This document shows, piece after piece, positions 40,561-51,025 of a DNA stretch of 64,000 nucleotides. Under the pieces are notes generated by a model, which was given only the letters and a program-made list of their open reading frames with translations, ran no database searches and had not been told where the DNA came from. The number at the start of each line of letters is the position of its first letter. Within the stretch, counting starts at the first letter, position 1. The translations under genes were made by a program, and so were the position numbers. The stretch is taken from assembly GCA_028284775.1 (NCBI GenBank), contig JANQRB010000074.1, forward strand, positions 3,256 to 67,255, read 5' to 3'. Origin of the DNA: Candidatus Kapaibacterium sp. (GTDB taxonomy: Bacteria > Bacteroidota > Ignavibacteria > Kapaibacteriales > UBA7675).

Positions 40561-42186
40561 ATGTCTTCTCAACAGAATTGCTCCACTATGAATCGACATT
40601 CATCTGAATCTCCCTTCCAGAAATGTATGAATGTCTACAAAGATTTGTACTCAGATCCGGCCGGGGCACTGCGAAAAGCCGAGCACTATATCAATCCTTC
40701 ATCCGCGCAGGCCGCAGCTCTGAGTGCCTCGGTCAAACTGCGATTGCTGATGTACTGCTATGAAGCCTGTACCTACCTGGGCAGCGATAATCTGCTGCCG
40801 CAGTATATGGCGCGAGTTAAAGCACTCCGGCCGCAGCTTTCACACGCCAATGAGTTAGTCGATTATTTTCAGTCAATGGGAGTCTGTTGCTATTTTGTCG
40901 GTCAAAAAAACGAGGCACTGAAGCATCTTTCGAAAGTACTGCGTCTGGCTGTCGTTCACCAGATTTCAGACAGAGAGATACGACAATCGTTACAGCTTTT
41001 GGGACTAATGCACTGCCGAAGCGGACAGCACGCCGACGCTGTTGCCATGTATCAGCGCATACTGCAGATATACCCAAAAAACACGATCGACGCTGATATC
41101 TGTCCGCAATTTTGCAATCTCGCCGAGGCATACGCCGCTATGGGCCGGCAAGACAAAGCCGTTGTGTATTTTGAACTAGGATTGAAATCCGCGAGAGCCG
41201 GCAAACAGCCCGTGGTTCTCTTGCAGATGCTTACTTCGATTGGCGAATTTTCCGTTAATACGAAGCAGCAGATGGCGGCAGCCGGTTATATCGCTGAAGC
41301 ACTCAAACTGTCGCACAAGATTAACATGCGGCACTCCCGGGATAAGAACACACTGCTTTTGGCCCGTATTCATGTACTCAACAACGAGCATGATGCAGCA
41401 CTGAAAATAGTCAGTCAATTGCTTAAACGGACGGAAGAATCGGATCGCCAGACTTTGTTCAGGGTCTTGTGCCTTAAATTGTTCGCTAAAATACTTGAAG
41501 ACAAAGGTGCGCATTCATCGGCGCGTGAAGCATATCTTCGAATGGCTGAGATTGCAGCATTCCTGGGCTTACGACCTGAGCTGGCTCAGGCATATAATCG
41601 GCTTTCGGCAATAGAAGAAAGAAGGGGAGAATACGCTCAGGCATTACTTTATCACAAAGTGTCGGCAAATTTGTGGCTTGACGTGCTGGCGCCCTCATCA
41701 CAACTGGAACTTGAGGAAGTCGGTCCGAAGGAAAAACCTGCCAGTAGGAGAGTGGCACACAATGGTCAATTATTGAGCGCGGATGTTCAGTTAAAGGCAT
41801 TTGAGCAAGAAATCGCCGAAGACGAAATTTTTCACCTTGCAATGAATTCGCGTTCATTTAGTGAACATTCTGCAGACAGAGCTGTCAATACGGTCACTGA
41901 AACGGAAGTTCAAAAGTACGGTGTCGACGAAGCATTGCGCATGAAGGCGGCACAGACCGTACCACTGCTGGCCAGGCTAAAGTTCAACCTGCTACGGCGT
42001 GCTCCCAAGCTGACTCCGACCGAGATCAAAATCTGTCTTTTAATTACCTGTGGCCTGCTGTCAAAAGAAATCGCGCCATTGCTGTGCAACTCCGTCGAGA
42101 CGGTCAACACTCATCGCAAGAACATTCGCCGCAAGCTTAAGCTCTCCTCGGGCGAGAATCTCGTCACATTCCTCAACTCTCTTTGA
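40561..42186 (+). CDS. TPR-like + LuxR-HTH transcriptional regulator, a close paralog of 24109..25737.
   Basis: C-terminal TEIKICLLITCGLLSKEIAPLLCNSVETVNTHRKNIRRKLKL. Extensive collinear identity to the 24109 product. Confidence 0.75.
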   Translation: MSSQQNCSTMNRHSSESPFQKCMNVYKDLYSDPAGALRKAEHYINPSSAQAAALSASVKLRLLMYCYEACTYLGSDNLLPQYMARVKALRPQLSHANELVDYFQSMGVCCYFVGQKNEALKHLSKVLRLAVVHQISDREIRQSLQLLGLMHCRSGQHADAVAMYQRILQIYPKNTIDADICPQFCNLAEAYAAMGRQDKAVVYFELGLKSARAGKQPVVLLQMLTSIGEFSVNTKQQMAAAGYIAEALKLSHKINMRHSRDKNTLLLARIHVLNNEHDAALKIVSQLLKRTEESDRQTLFRVLCLKLFAKILEDKGAHSSAREAYLRMAEIAAFLGLRPELAQAYNRLSAIEERRGEYAQALLYHKVSANLWLDVLAPSSQLELEEVGPKEKPASRRVAHNGQLLSADVQLKAFEQEIAEDEIFHLAMNSRSFSEHSADRAVNTVTETEVQKYGVDEALRMKAAQTVPLLARLKFNLLRRAPKLTPTEIKICLLITCGLLSKEIAPLLCNSVETVNTHRKNIRRKLKLSSGENLVTFLNSL

Positions 42187-42410
42187 GATCCGGCGAACGG
42201 AAGTTGTCTATTTGCCATCGGATAGCGAGTCACCTACCCATTTAATACCCAACCGGTGTTATTGTCGTGCCCCTTCTGCCTATGTAATTTCGGCGCTGTG
42301 ATCACATCTGTGGCGCAAGTGTCGACACGCAAGACAGTCACGCAAAACTATCATTTGTACAACCCTATCGGCGCTGATACGGTGGCCGGTTACATAATCA
42401 TCGAATTCCT

Positions 42411-42794
42411 ATGAAAGCTCTCTGCATACGTTTTTTAGTCATGACCGCTTTGATAACGGGCGGATTGATGGCGGAAGTTAACGCCCAAACACTGGAAATC
42501 CACTATACCTCCGGCTGTGCTCCGAACGTCGAATATCAGTACAAATTCTTCGGCAGCCCACCGTCCGCCTGGATACCGATTTCAAGCGGAAACTCAGACT
42601 TTTATTCATTGGCCTTAAGAACACCTGAGTGGGTTAAATTCAGGTCGGTCGGGCCTTGCAGCGGCCTTCCCTGGACGATTCAAGTCGGAGACATCACGGT
42701 TTACACATGTTCGAGTTGTAGCCCCAACCCGCTCTTTGACGCAGCATTTACAATAGACCCACTCGGCAATTATCTGTGCAGCCTTACTAACTGA
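42411..42794 (+). CDS. Small secreted Cys-containing hypothetical protein.
   Basis: Signal peptide ALITGGLMAEVNAQ. Six Cys in the mature ~100 aa. Confidence 0.35.
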   Translation: MKALCIRFLVMTALITGGLMAEVNAQTLEIHYTSGCAPNVEYQYKFFGSPPSAWIPISSGNSDFYSLALRTPEWVKFRSVGPCSGLPWTIQVGDITVYTCSSCSPNPLFDAAFTIDPLGNYLCSLTN

Positions 42795-43415
42795 CAAAGT
42801 AGAGCACAACGGATAGCCTCGGGAAAGCAAACTGCCAAAAGCCCTTGCAGAACCTTGTTTTGCAAGGGCTTCATAAGTCTCGGGTCGTACTCAAATGGAA
42901 TCCTGCAATGGTCATGTACTTGTCATACTCTGGCTGCGACTAGTAATCATAAGCTACTCAAATTTGTTTCTTTTATACAATTCTCCGATCAAAATTAGGG
43001 ATGGGGCGTAGACTGGGCACCAGGCGTTTAAATTTTATGAGCATTAGGTGTTTCGAACTCCCCTGGCTCCTCTTTCGCAAAGTGGGGAACTTGAAAGCAA
43101 CTTAGTTGAAAGACTCCAGGCCCGAACATCGACGTTGCCGCTAAGTCTGTAGAAAAAGCCCTTTGATTCAAACAGTAGGCCCGCCTGCGTTATTGTTCGC
43201 TGCAGCTATCTACGCCATGCAGCTCCTGAAACTGTACTTCATCGGCCTCCACAAGTTTACAATGAAAGTCAGCACTCAGTCCAAGCAGCGTAAAGTTTTT
43301 CTACTGATTGGGGCAGCTCGCGCGAATTCTCTGCCTTTTTGATTTAAGACTACACTTCAACACTGCCTATTACTGAGAGATGAATTCCGACGGTCCTTAA
43401 ACACCGGATATGTTC

Positions 43416-45716
43416 CTACTCGAGCACGAGCGCAAGACGTAAAAAAGCATTCCGCCCCTGGTTGAGCAATCCGCCAATGTTTAAGTGTTCCCGATACAAA
43501 CGATCAAAGATATTCTCGATACCGCCGTTCAGCGCAAGATGATCATTTATCTGATAGCGCGCCTGAAATCCGAAAAGGACCGTGCCCTTGCTCGCTTCTT
43601 CTTCAAACTGGACGGTGGCAACGCGATTCTGGTCGGCCAGCAAACGCGAACTAAAGTCCAGCCAATAGGTCTCGCCGCGAAAACGCAGCGCCAGCTTTGC
43701 TTCGGGCTGCGGCGTGAAGGGGAGGGGATCATCAATACTTGTATTGTGTGCGAAGAGGTAGGCAAAGCCGCTGCGCAGCTCCCAGACTTCGTCTATCTTC
43801 AACTGCGCTTCAAGCTCGATGCCGTACTTCAGCGCTTCGCCGGCATTAGCATAACTGCGGAACTGATCGTTAAGCTGTACCGCGCTGATGATGTCCTGCA
43901 GATGATGAATAAACAAATTTGACTTGAGGGCATAGCGCTCGTCTTCGAGTGAGTAGGCGATTTCCGCCTGCCAGGCCCTTTCCTTGTCCAGCTCCGGGTT
44001 TCCGACATAGAACCAGCCGTCGGATACATTGTAGAGAAAGAACCCGTACTGCTCCAATTGGGTGGGCAGACCCTGGGCGAATGCGAGCGTTGCCGTCAGA
44101 CTCTGGTGATCCGTCGGCAGCCAACTTAAGGCAGCGCTGCCCCTTAGCGCGCTCATACTTCGTGGCCCTGCCTTCACATCCGCACTCGCTTCAAGAGTCA
44201 GCCGACCGTCGGCATGTTGCAGACGACGCGCAGAGAGCTCCGCCCGCGCATTTGTCCGCAGCAACAGCGTTTTGGAAAGGGGCATCCGAAGATCGGCAGC
44301 CAGCGCATAGTTATCGGCATGCATATCGGCAATGTTAATCAGATACATGTCAGCGATGTTTTCATCCAGCGGCAGCATCCGCATATCCGCAAAGGCCTGC
44401 AGTTGATGGTACTCAGCTTTAAGATCGAGCGCTATGTCACTCACAATCAGCGACGCCTGCTCGATCAGGCCAATGGTCTGGGTGCTGCCAAACATCGGCA
44501 TGGTCATGCCTGGCATGGCGGCGCGCGTGCGAATTTCTTCCCGTGAACGATCATCGTCGTCCATCCAGTGACGAATACGATTGAAGTACAGCTTCGTTTT
44601 CAGGGACCGCAGGATCTCAATGTCCGGGCGCCATTCGCAGGACGCGCTGCTCATCAGAGCCTGAGCTTCACGAGTGTCCATCAAGAGTGCCGGGTAGCCG
44701 ATATCATAAGCGACGTCGCCCAGCAGCATAGCGCGCAGCGTCGTATTCGGGGCGATGCGATAAGCGGCATCCAGCTTAACATTGTATTTGTCGTAAGCCG
44801 AGTTTTTAACTGTCATCCCATCGCCGGTCCGGTAGTCACCGGCGGCGCGGGAAGCAAAGCTGCCGCGCAATGCGAGTGGTCCAGCCCCGTAACCAATCGA
44901 GGTCTGCAGATCACGTGCGCCCGCCGCACTGGCCAGTCCCGCCGCCGCTGTCAGGCGCAGCGGCTGGTCGAAGCTTGCACCCTGCGTCACCAGGTTGATA
45001 CCGCCGCCGACACTGGCGGCATTGTCCGCATCGCCGGCGTTGCGTTTGACTTCGAGGCGTTCGAGATTGTTCGGCTCCACATAGGATGTTATCGGGTCCA
45101 TGTGGTCGACACATGCGGCCGCAATCTGCATGCCATCGATCGTTACAGCGACGGCGCCCGCGCGATAGCCGCGCAAACTGGCTTCGGCGGCAAAGTTGGC
45201 CCGCCGTATCAAGCGCAGGGCGGCGCTGCCGGCCATCAGCTCATCGATAGATGCAACTGCTTGTCCGCTTTCCCGCTCGTCGTCTGCGCGTTGACCGACG
45301 ACCAGCAGTTCATCGCTTGTGAAGTTCAGACTCGGCCTGAGCTCCAGTATGATTAGCTTTGTCGATTCCCGTCGCAGGTCGATTGTTCGCGCAAGGGGAT
45401 GATACCCGGGCGCTATGCAATGCAAGCGATACGAGGCCGGCGGCAAGAAAAGTTCGAAGCTACCGACCGAGTCGCTGACGGCACGCCATTCAAGTGAATC
45501 AATTCGAATCACCGCGCCGACAATCGGCTTGTCGTCTTCTGTCCGCACCAGCCCCTGAACCGAGCTTAGCGAATGTAGGCTCGTCGCAAAAATTAACAGC
45601 AGCGGGGCCGCCAGAAATAAGGTCCTTTCAGTGGTCGACATTCTCTTCCTATCGGACCGTGACAAAAAACTCATGTTTCGCCACCTCTTGGCCGCCTCGC
45701 TTGAGATGCAGCACAA
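43416..45716 (-). CDS. TonB-dependent outer-membrane receptor with a CarbopepD_reg-like N-domain. The real start is probably MSTTERTLF at 45638, which avoids overlap with the upstream gene.
   Basis: Signal peptide; LVRTEDDKPIVGAVIRIDSLEWRAVSDSVGSFEL (CarbopepD_reg-like); plug-domain motifs; C-terminal barrel ending ...RLALVLE. Confidence 0.8.
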   Translation of the reverse strand: MCCISSEAAKRWRNMSFLSRSDRKRMSTTERTLFLAAPLLLIFATSLHSLSSVQGLVRTEDDKPIVGAVIRIDSLEWRAVSDSVGSFELFLPPASYRLHCIAPGYHPLARTIDLRRESTKLIILELRPSLNFTSDELLVVGQRADDERESGQAVASIDELMAGSAALRLIRRANFAAEASLRGYRAGAVAVTIDGMQIAAACVDHMDPITSYVEPNNLERLEVKRNAGDADNAASVGGGINLVTQGASFDQPLRLTAAAGLASAAGARDLQTSIGYGAGPLALRGSFASRAAGDYRTGDGMTVKNSAYDKYNVKLDAAYRIAPNTTLRAMLLGDVAYDIGYPALLMDTREAQALMSSASCEWRPDIEILRSLKTKLYFNRIRHWMDDDDRSREEIRTRAAMPGMTMPMFGSTQTIGLIEQASLIVSDIALDLKAEYHQLQAFADMRMLPLDENIADMYLINIADMHADNYALAADLRMPLSKTLLLRTNARAELSARRLQHADGRLTLEASADVKAGPRSMSALRGSAALSWLPTDHQSLTATLAFAQGLPTQLEQYGFFLYNVSDGWFYVGNPELDKERAWQAEIAYSLEDERYALKSNLFIHHLQDIISAVQLNDQFRSYANAGEALKYGIELEAQLKIDEVWELRSGFAYLFAHNTSIDDPLPFTPQPEAKLALRFRGETYWLDFSSRLLADQNRVATVQFEEEASKGTVLFGFQARYQINDHLALNGGIENIFDRLYREHLNIGGLLNQGRNAFLRLALVLE

Positions 45717-46455
45717 TACTCCACTCGCCCGTCATTGTGAAGTTAACACGCCCATGATAATGGCCATTCTGAACATGAAGCGGATTCTCATTATTCGGAG
45801 AACCATGCCCCATAGCCGGCATGTCCGGTTCTATCTGCAACTCCAGGTCCTCGCGGGCCGGAAAGCTCATCATCGAAGTCCGCTCGTGAATCGTAAATTC
45901 AATATCATTCATTCCCACTGTCCACTGTTCAGGCTGTAAAAGGGTCACGACCAGCGAATTACCATCGGACGGAACCAGCATGGTACTATATGAGGATGGA
46001 ACGACTTGCAGCGGTATCGCAAATTCGCCGAGGCTTTGCTGATCTACGCTACACTTTACGTTCAGCGTCCATTCATTCATTTCGCCGCTGGGCATCATAA
46101 ATACAAGGCCGAAGATATGATCGTCGTGACGCTCGTGATCGTGGATAGATTCGAAGGGCGCTGAGTGCATCATCGACGGCATTGTCATCAGGGGAGTCAA
46201 CTCGACGCTCAGGTCGTGCGGGACGCTGTTATCCGCTATGCTTCTGACATCCGCCAGAATCTTGTTATAGCCGACGGTCGGATTGTCGTTCCCGTACAAC
46301 CTGACTCGAATGTTGTCGTTAGCCGCTTCGCCAAGCAACAGCGAATATTCATTGTGTTCTTCTTCCTCGGTAGACAAGGCTGGATCATCATCACTGCAGG
46401 ATGCTAAGTTTATTACGGTCAAGGCAACAAGTGAGCTTAGTATTATTTTACTCAT
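45649..46455 (-). CDS. His/Met-rich lipoprotein cotranscribed upstream of the TonB-dependent receptor. Possibly a metal- or heme-binding accessory protein (HmuY-like role).
   Basis: Lipobox LASC. Motifs such as MTMPSMMHSAPFESIHDHERHDDH and MPAMGHGSPNNENPLHVQNGHYHG. Its position immediately 5' of the receptor gene parallels the known hmuY-hmuR organisation. Confidence 0.45.
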   Translation of the reverse strand: MSKIILSSLVALTVINLASCSDDDPALSTEEEEHNEYSLLLGEAANDNIRVRLYGNDNPTVGYNKILADVRSIADNSVPHDLSVELTPLMTMPSMMHSAPFESIHDHERHDDHIFGLVFMMPSGEMNEWTLNVKCSVDQQSLGEFAIPLQVVPSSYSTMLVPSDGNSLVVTLLQPEQWTVGMNDIEFTIHERTSMMSFPAREDLELQIEPDMPAMGHGSPNNENPLHVQNGHYHGRVNFTMTGEWSIVLHLKRGGQEVAKHEFFVTVR

Positions 46456-47673
46456 TTCGTAATTCCGCTTGGGTTTTTATGTTTTGTAAATCTGATTGAC
46501 AGGAAGTCATAGCGCCGCCAGCAACTGTCAGCGACAGGCAGGCAGATCTTTCCTAAGTTTACATTCACACTAAGGCAAGAGCGCTGACACAGACTTGTTA
46601 ATGTCTGTGCGATGAGTCGCGTACCAATGAGTTTCCGCGTTTTCCTGATATTAAAATCGAAAAGTCAGGGAATGCGATCCGGCAGTAGAAGTTGCAGGAG
46701 CCCGCAAGATCCCAGTTACAAACTGAATATTGCACAGAGGAAGTCCCTACAACGCGAGCGACACACTAACTGCAAGGGGAAAGCGAGGATTATGTCAGAC
46801 AGACAGAATTGGCGGTTGGTGAATCTCGTCCGTATAGCCAGGCAGGGGATTGCCGACGCTAAGTGTTAAACGATACTCTGAATTGTTCTCGACGGCGTAG
46901 CACTGAAAAGTAGAATCGGGCAAAGGCGCCGATTCGGGAGTCCGGTCTACAATCAGAATTGGATTGTTGGAATGGTCATTCTGTTCGGCGACTTTGCGAA
47001 TATGGCATTTGCCGTGGCACTGCTCAGACGCTGGGTTTTCGCAAAAAGCCGCCGCGATCTGATCCGCAAAGATGTAATAGGAACTCCACAACACGGCGGC
47101 GCCGTGGAAATATGTTCCAAGCAACACAAGGAGAATTATGGCGACACATTTGCGCATCACACAAACTTAACTCATTCGGGATCTGATTGCAATTTTTTAT
47201 CAATCCAGATCGGTTCGGATTCTTCAAAACTCGTTTGCTCAAACAGCGCTCGCGCCGCTACCCTCTGCTGCTGTCTGATACTCGCGATTCCGACACAGTG
47301 AAATTGGCCGCGCCCACTGCTTCAAAAATTGCAGCGTCAAAAGCGCATTGCCTTGGCAGTATTTATTGTAATCCACATTAATTTCATTGATGCAGAAATA
47401 GTCGCCGCTGCATTCAATACCGGAGTAAAGTAAGGAGTATTTAGATTTAGATGCCTATATCTTCGACTCTCTGATCCATGGCCGGTCAATTTCCGTCGAG
47501 TGAGATAGGCGATACAACAGGGTACGGACGCAACAAGCGTTGAAAAACCGAAGGCCGGCCGATTTCCTGGCGAGATATGAAGTTATCTCTGAGCAGCCCG
47601 CACTCTAACTGGACTACTATAAACACACATTTCTGTAGTTGATTGAATCTAAAGGGAAAATCTACAATTCCAA

Positions 47674-48582
47674 TTAGTTCAAGCTTCTATACTTCGCAGG
47701 AGTCATGCCTGTCTTTTTCTTGAAGAGCTTAGAGAAATACTCCGGATAATCGAATCCTAATTGATACGCCAGCTCGCTGATTGACAATTCTGAATTCAGC
47801 AGTCGATTTTTTGCTTGGTTAATAACAAAGCTATGGATGTGTTCTTGGGTATTCTTACCGGTTTCTTTAACCAGCAGATCACTCAGGTAGTTTGGTGAAT
47901 AACTCAATTGTTCGGCGAAAAGCTTTACTGTCGGCAATCCACTTTCGCGCAGACTCTCCGATGCAAAATAAGCTCTTAGTAATTTTTCGAATTTTGCAAC
48001 TACATCTTTGTTTAAGTTACTTCTTGTATAAAATTGCCGATCATAATACCTTTCGCAGTACTTGAGTAACAGGTCAATATTGGAGATTATTAGTTCCTGA
48101 CTGTGCTTATCTATGTTCTGACGATACTCGTTTTCTATTTTTTGAACAAGTTCGGTCAAACTAACTCTTTCTTCTTTTGATAGATGTAATGCTTCACTCA
48201 CTTCGTATTCGAAGAAAGAATAATTGTCTATGTTTTTTCCTAAATCGGATTTCCTCAATAAGTCGGGATGAAAGATTAGCGTCCAACCGGAACTCTCTTC
48301 ATATCTTTCGGTCTGTTCTATTTTGATAATTTGCTCAGGTTTTAGAAACGTCATCGTACCATCATGGAAATCATAAGAATTCCTTCCATACGCTAGTGAG
48401 CCTGAAATACCTTGCTTGAGGCTGACATGGTATAACTCCATCGCATAGGTTTTTCCGCCATAATCGTAATTAGTCATTTCATCAGTTATCGGAAGAACAG
48501 TAATAAGTGGATGTCTGGGACTCTCTAAATCCCAGAAATCATGAATCTGTTGAATTGAGGTAATTCTGATGATATCACTCAT
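47674..48582 (-). CDS. AraC/XylS-family transcriptional regulator.
   Basis: C-terminal double HTH LSISELAYQLGFDYPEYFSKLFKKKTGMTPAKYR; N-terminal cupin-like sensor domain. The gene is AT-rich relative to its surroundings. Confidence 0.85.
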   Translation of the reverse strand: MSDIIRITSIQQIHDFWDLESPRHPLITVLPITDEMTNYDYGGKTYAMELYHVSLKQGISGSLAYGRNSYDFHDGTMTFLKPEQIIKIEQTERYEESSGWTLIFHPDLLRKSDLGKNIDNYSFFEYEVSEALHLSKEERVSLTELVQKIENEYRQNIDKHSQELIISNIDLLLKYCERYYDRQFYTRSNLNKDVVAKFEKLLRAYFASESLRESGLPTVKLFAEQLSYSPNYLSDLLVKETGKNTQEHIHSFVINQAKNRLLNSELSISELAYQLGFDYPEYFSKLFKKKTGMTPAKYRSLN

Positions 48583-48639
48583 TTTACTTGCTCTTAGGTC
48601 TTAGATATACATTGACATGGGTAATAGCATTTTTTTCTA

Positions 48640-49137
48640 TCAATCTGATTTTCTTTTCAGAACCTGATCTCGAAGAGCTTCATTTACATTCGAATATGCA
48701 GGTTCCACCCAGCTTGCGTTCCAGAACCAGACTCCAATTCCACGGTATATTTCGTACTGCGTTACTTTTGTTCCACCTTCAACAGGCTCAAGAATGTAAT
48801 AGTGATCAAATGTTAAGATGCCCCACAGACCGCCATATTGGTTCAACTCCTTCGGCACCTCCATTTTTACTACTTCAGCTTGGATTTGAGTTTTTGAGCT
48901 GTCAGGTCCCGTCATTTGATATACCATACTTTCTCCTTCAAGAAGTCTGCCGGATACCGGAACAAGTACAGGATTCCAGTCTTTATATGAATCAGAATCC
49001 ACTAGCACCTGCCATACTTCATTAGGTTCAGCAGGGATGACAATTTCAGTGTGAACAGTTTTACATCCTGTCAGTAAAGACACAAAGACTACCGATACTC
49101 CAAGGAAAAGCAACTGCTTGGATGTCAATATGTTCAT
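48640..49137 (-). CDS. SRPBCC-family lipoprotein.
   Basis: Lipobox LLTGC; PNEVWQVLVDSDSYKDWNPV is the hallmark SRPBCC N-terminal segment. Confidence 0.55.
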   Translation of the reverse strand: MNILTSKQLLFLGVSVVFVSLLTGCKTVHTEIVIPAEPNEVWQVLVDSDSYKDWNPVLVPVSGRLLEGESMVYQMTGPDSSKTQIQAEVVKMEVPKELNQYGGLWGILTFDHYYILEPVEGGTKVTQYEIYRGIGVWFWNASWVEPAYSNVNEALRDQVLKRKSD

Positions 49138-49172
49138 TTTTCACTCCTAATTTACAGCAAGACTCTGCTTTC

Positions 49173-50141
49173 TTATTTCATAAAGTAGTTGTACCAATCG
49201 ATCATTTGCTGAGGATGGTCTGAGAAATATTGATACCCCCTAAATCTCCACGGAGTATCTTCGATGAAATAGATTTTTTTGTCTTCTACCTTGGTATTAT
49301 CATACATCCATTGAACATCAGCAGCTCTTGAGTTCATGTCGTTTCTAACCTGAAGGTAAAACGTAGGAATCCTGACATATTGAATGTACTTCATAATGTC
49401 ATGATCTTCAACATGTAAGCCGGACATTTCATTATAAATCGGCTCAAAAATCTTTACTCCCTCTTCAGGATCAATGCTCAAATTTTCACATGCCCTCTCG
49501 ATTGTAGTTCTTCCTTTTAGTGGTTGAATGGCGATCCATGACACAATATGTTCAAATTCTTCAGGGTGCTTATACATAGCGAAGAGAGTTGCATTCGCTC
49601 CCATACACATGCTTTGAAGCGATATTCTCATTTTAGCAGTTTCTCTTCTCTCTTTTGTATATTGGATTGAAGCAATAACATCTTGCCATTCCCAATATCC
49701 GACACCGCTTAGGCCATTTGATACTGTGTCGTTTTCACCATGGTTTCTCATATCGTAAGCAATAATATTGTACCCGGCATCATGCAATGCTTTATACTTT
49801 GGGAGGAAATTAACTTCGAATCCGCCGGCATAGGTAAATGGTTCTTTGTGTCCGGCAAATCCATATTTATTGCCAGGGGAAAAATGATTGCATATTATTA
49901 ACTTATCTGAATCGGCTGGTATGAACCAACCTTTTAATTGTACACTGTCTTCAGTAGTTATAGTAATGTCTTCATATGCCAATCCTATTTCATCAGGAGT
50001 CCTCAAAACCGGAGTTCTTGGCGGTGTTGTCAAGCCATATGATAATGTAGTTAGAAACTCTGTTGCTTCAGTTTTGTTCATCTTATGATATCCTCTATTT
50101 GTTTCCTGAGCTTGGAGTGAATTTGCAGCTAAGAACTGCAA
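49173..50141 (-). CDS. Alpha/beta hydrolase, dienelactone-hydrolase-like (Cys nucleophile). Start possibly at MNKTEAT, 60 nt inside the ORF.
   Basis: Nucleophile-elbow-like SMCMGA, with Cys in the nucleophile position as in dienelactone hydrolases. Preceded by HGENDT and followed by conserved His/Asp candidates. AT-rich. Confidence 0.55.
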   Translation of the reverse strand: MQFLAANSLQAQETNRGYHKMNKTEATEFLTTLSYGLTTPPRTPVLRTPDEIGLAYEDITITTEDSVQLKGWFIPADSDKLIICNHFSPGNKYGFAGHKEPFTYAGGFEVNFLPKYKALHDAGYNIIAYDMRNHGENDTVSNGLSGVGYWEWQDVIASIQYTKERRETAKMRISLQSMCMGANATLFAMYKHPEEFEHIVSWIAIQPLKGRTTIERACENLSIDPEEGVKIFEPIYNEMSGLHVEDHDIMKYIQYVRIPTFYLQVRNDMNSRAADVQWMYDNTKVEDKKIYFIEDTPWRFRGYQYFSDHPQQMIDWYNYFMK

Positions 50142-50185
50142 TTGTACTGCTTCGGCACAATATTGAGATTGGATTATCTCTTATC

Positions 50186-51025
50186 TTATCCCTCTTGAGG
50201 CATTATCATCTTAGAAAGCTTGTCAATAAACTCCTGATGGTCTAAGGAGTTTTTCATTCCGATCATCATCTCAGCATCTGAACCTGACACATTGTGAATG
50301 GGCGTATCTTGTGTTGCGCATTCCCAAATCTTTTCAGCTACTTCCTGCGGATCAGATTCCTGCCCACTGTGCATGCGCATTTGTTCTGCTACTTGCGCAA
50401 GATGGGAGGCCAGAATTTGAGCGTAGGAGACTAGCTCAGGATCGCCACTTGCAATATTGTTGACGGTGGATGCATTAAAATTGGTACCAAATGCCCCAGG
50501 CGCGACTGTTTTGACTTTGATATTCAATGGCTTACATTCCATAGCCAGAGCTTCGGAAAAACCTTCGACTGCAAACTTTGACGCGCTGTAGGTCGATGCA
50601 AAGCCAAGTCCCAGGATACCGGCCATTGAAGTGACATTAACTATTGTACCTTCTTTTTGTTTTCTCATTTGTGGTAACACAGCTCTGCAGACTCTCATCA
50701 ATCCGAATACATTTGTTTCAAACATAGAATAGATTTGCTCTTCGCTAAACTGTTCAAATAGTGAAAGCCCGCCATACCCGGCATTATTTACTACAACATC
50801 TATTCTACCAAACTGTTCAATTCCACTTGCAACTGCCTGCTTTATACTTTCCTTGTCTTGTACATCAAGTCCGACAACGAAAACATCTTTCAATTGTGTT
50901 AATTCTGTCTCTTTCTCCGGCGACCTCATGGTCGCAATGACATTCCATCCCTTTCCACCAAATAGTATAGCTGTGAGTTTACCAAACCCTGAGCTGCAGC
51001 CTGTGATCAGAACAGTTTTTTTCAT
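50186..51025 (-). CDS. Short-chain dehydrogenase/reductase (SDR) family oxidoreductase.
   Basis: TGCSSGFGK cofactor-binding motif at the N-terminus; NNAG; catalytic YSASK (YxxxK). Confidence 0.85.
   Translation of the reverse strand: MKKTVLITGCSSGFGKLTAILFGGKGWNVIATMRSPEKETELTQLKDVFVVGLDVQDKESIKQAVASGIEQFGRIDVVVNNAGYGGLSLFEQFSEEQIYSMFETNVFGLMRVCRAVLPQMRKQKEGTIVNVTSMAGILGLGFASTYSASKFAVEGFSEALAMECKPLNIKVKTVAPGAFGTNFNASTVNNIASGDPELVSYAQILASHLAQVAEQMRMHSGQESDPQEVAEKIWECATQDTPIHNVSGSDAEMMIGMKNSLDHQEFIDKLSKMIMPQEG

Noticed and set aside
42835-42875. Hairpin GCCCTTGCA-gaaccttgtttt-TGCAAGGGC after the 42411..42794 gene.
   Set aside because: The T-tract is weak on both strands (TTCATAAG / TTTTGGCAG). 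It is possibly a weak bidirectional terminator but not convincing enough to list as a feature.
43000-43085. tRNA-like look of GGGGCGTAGACTGGGCACCAGGCG ... GGTGTTTCGAACTCCCC.
   Set aside because: It cannot be folded into a cloverleaf. The T-arm halves are not complementary, there is no acceptor-stem pairing at the 3' side, and the length and arms do not fit on either strand.
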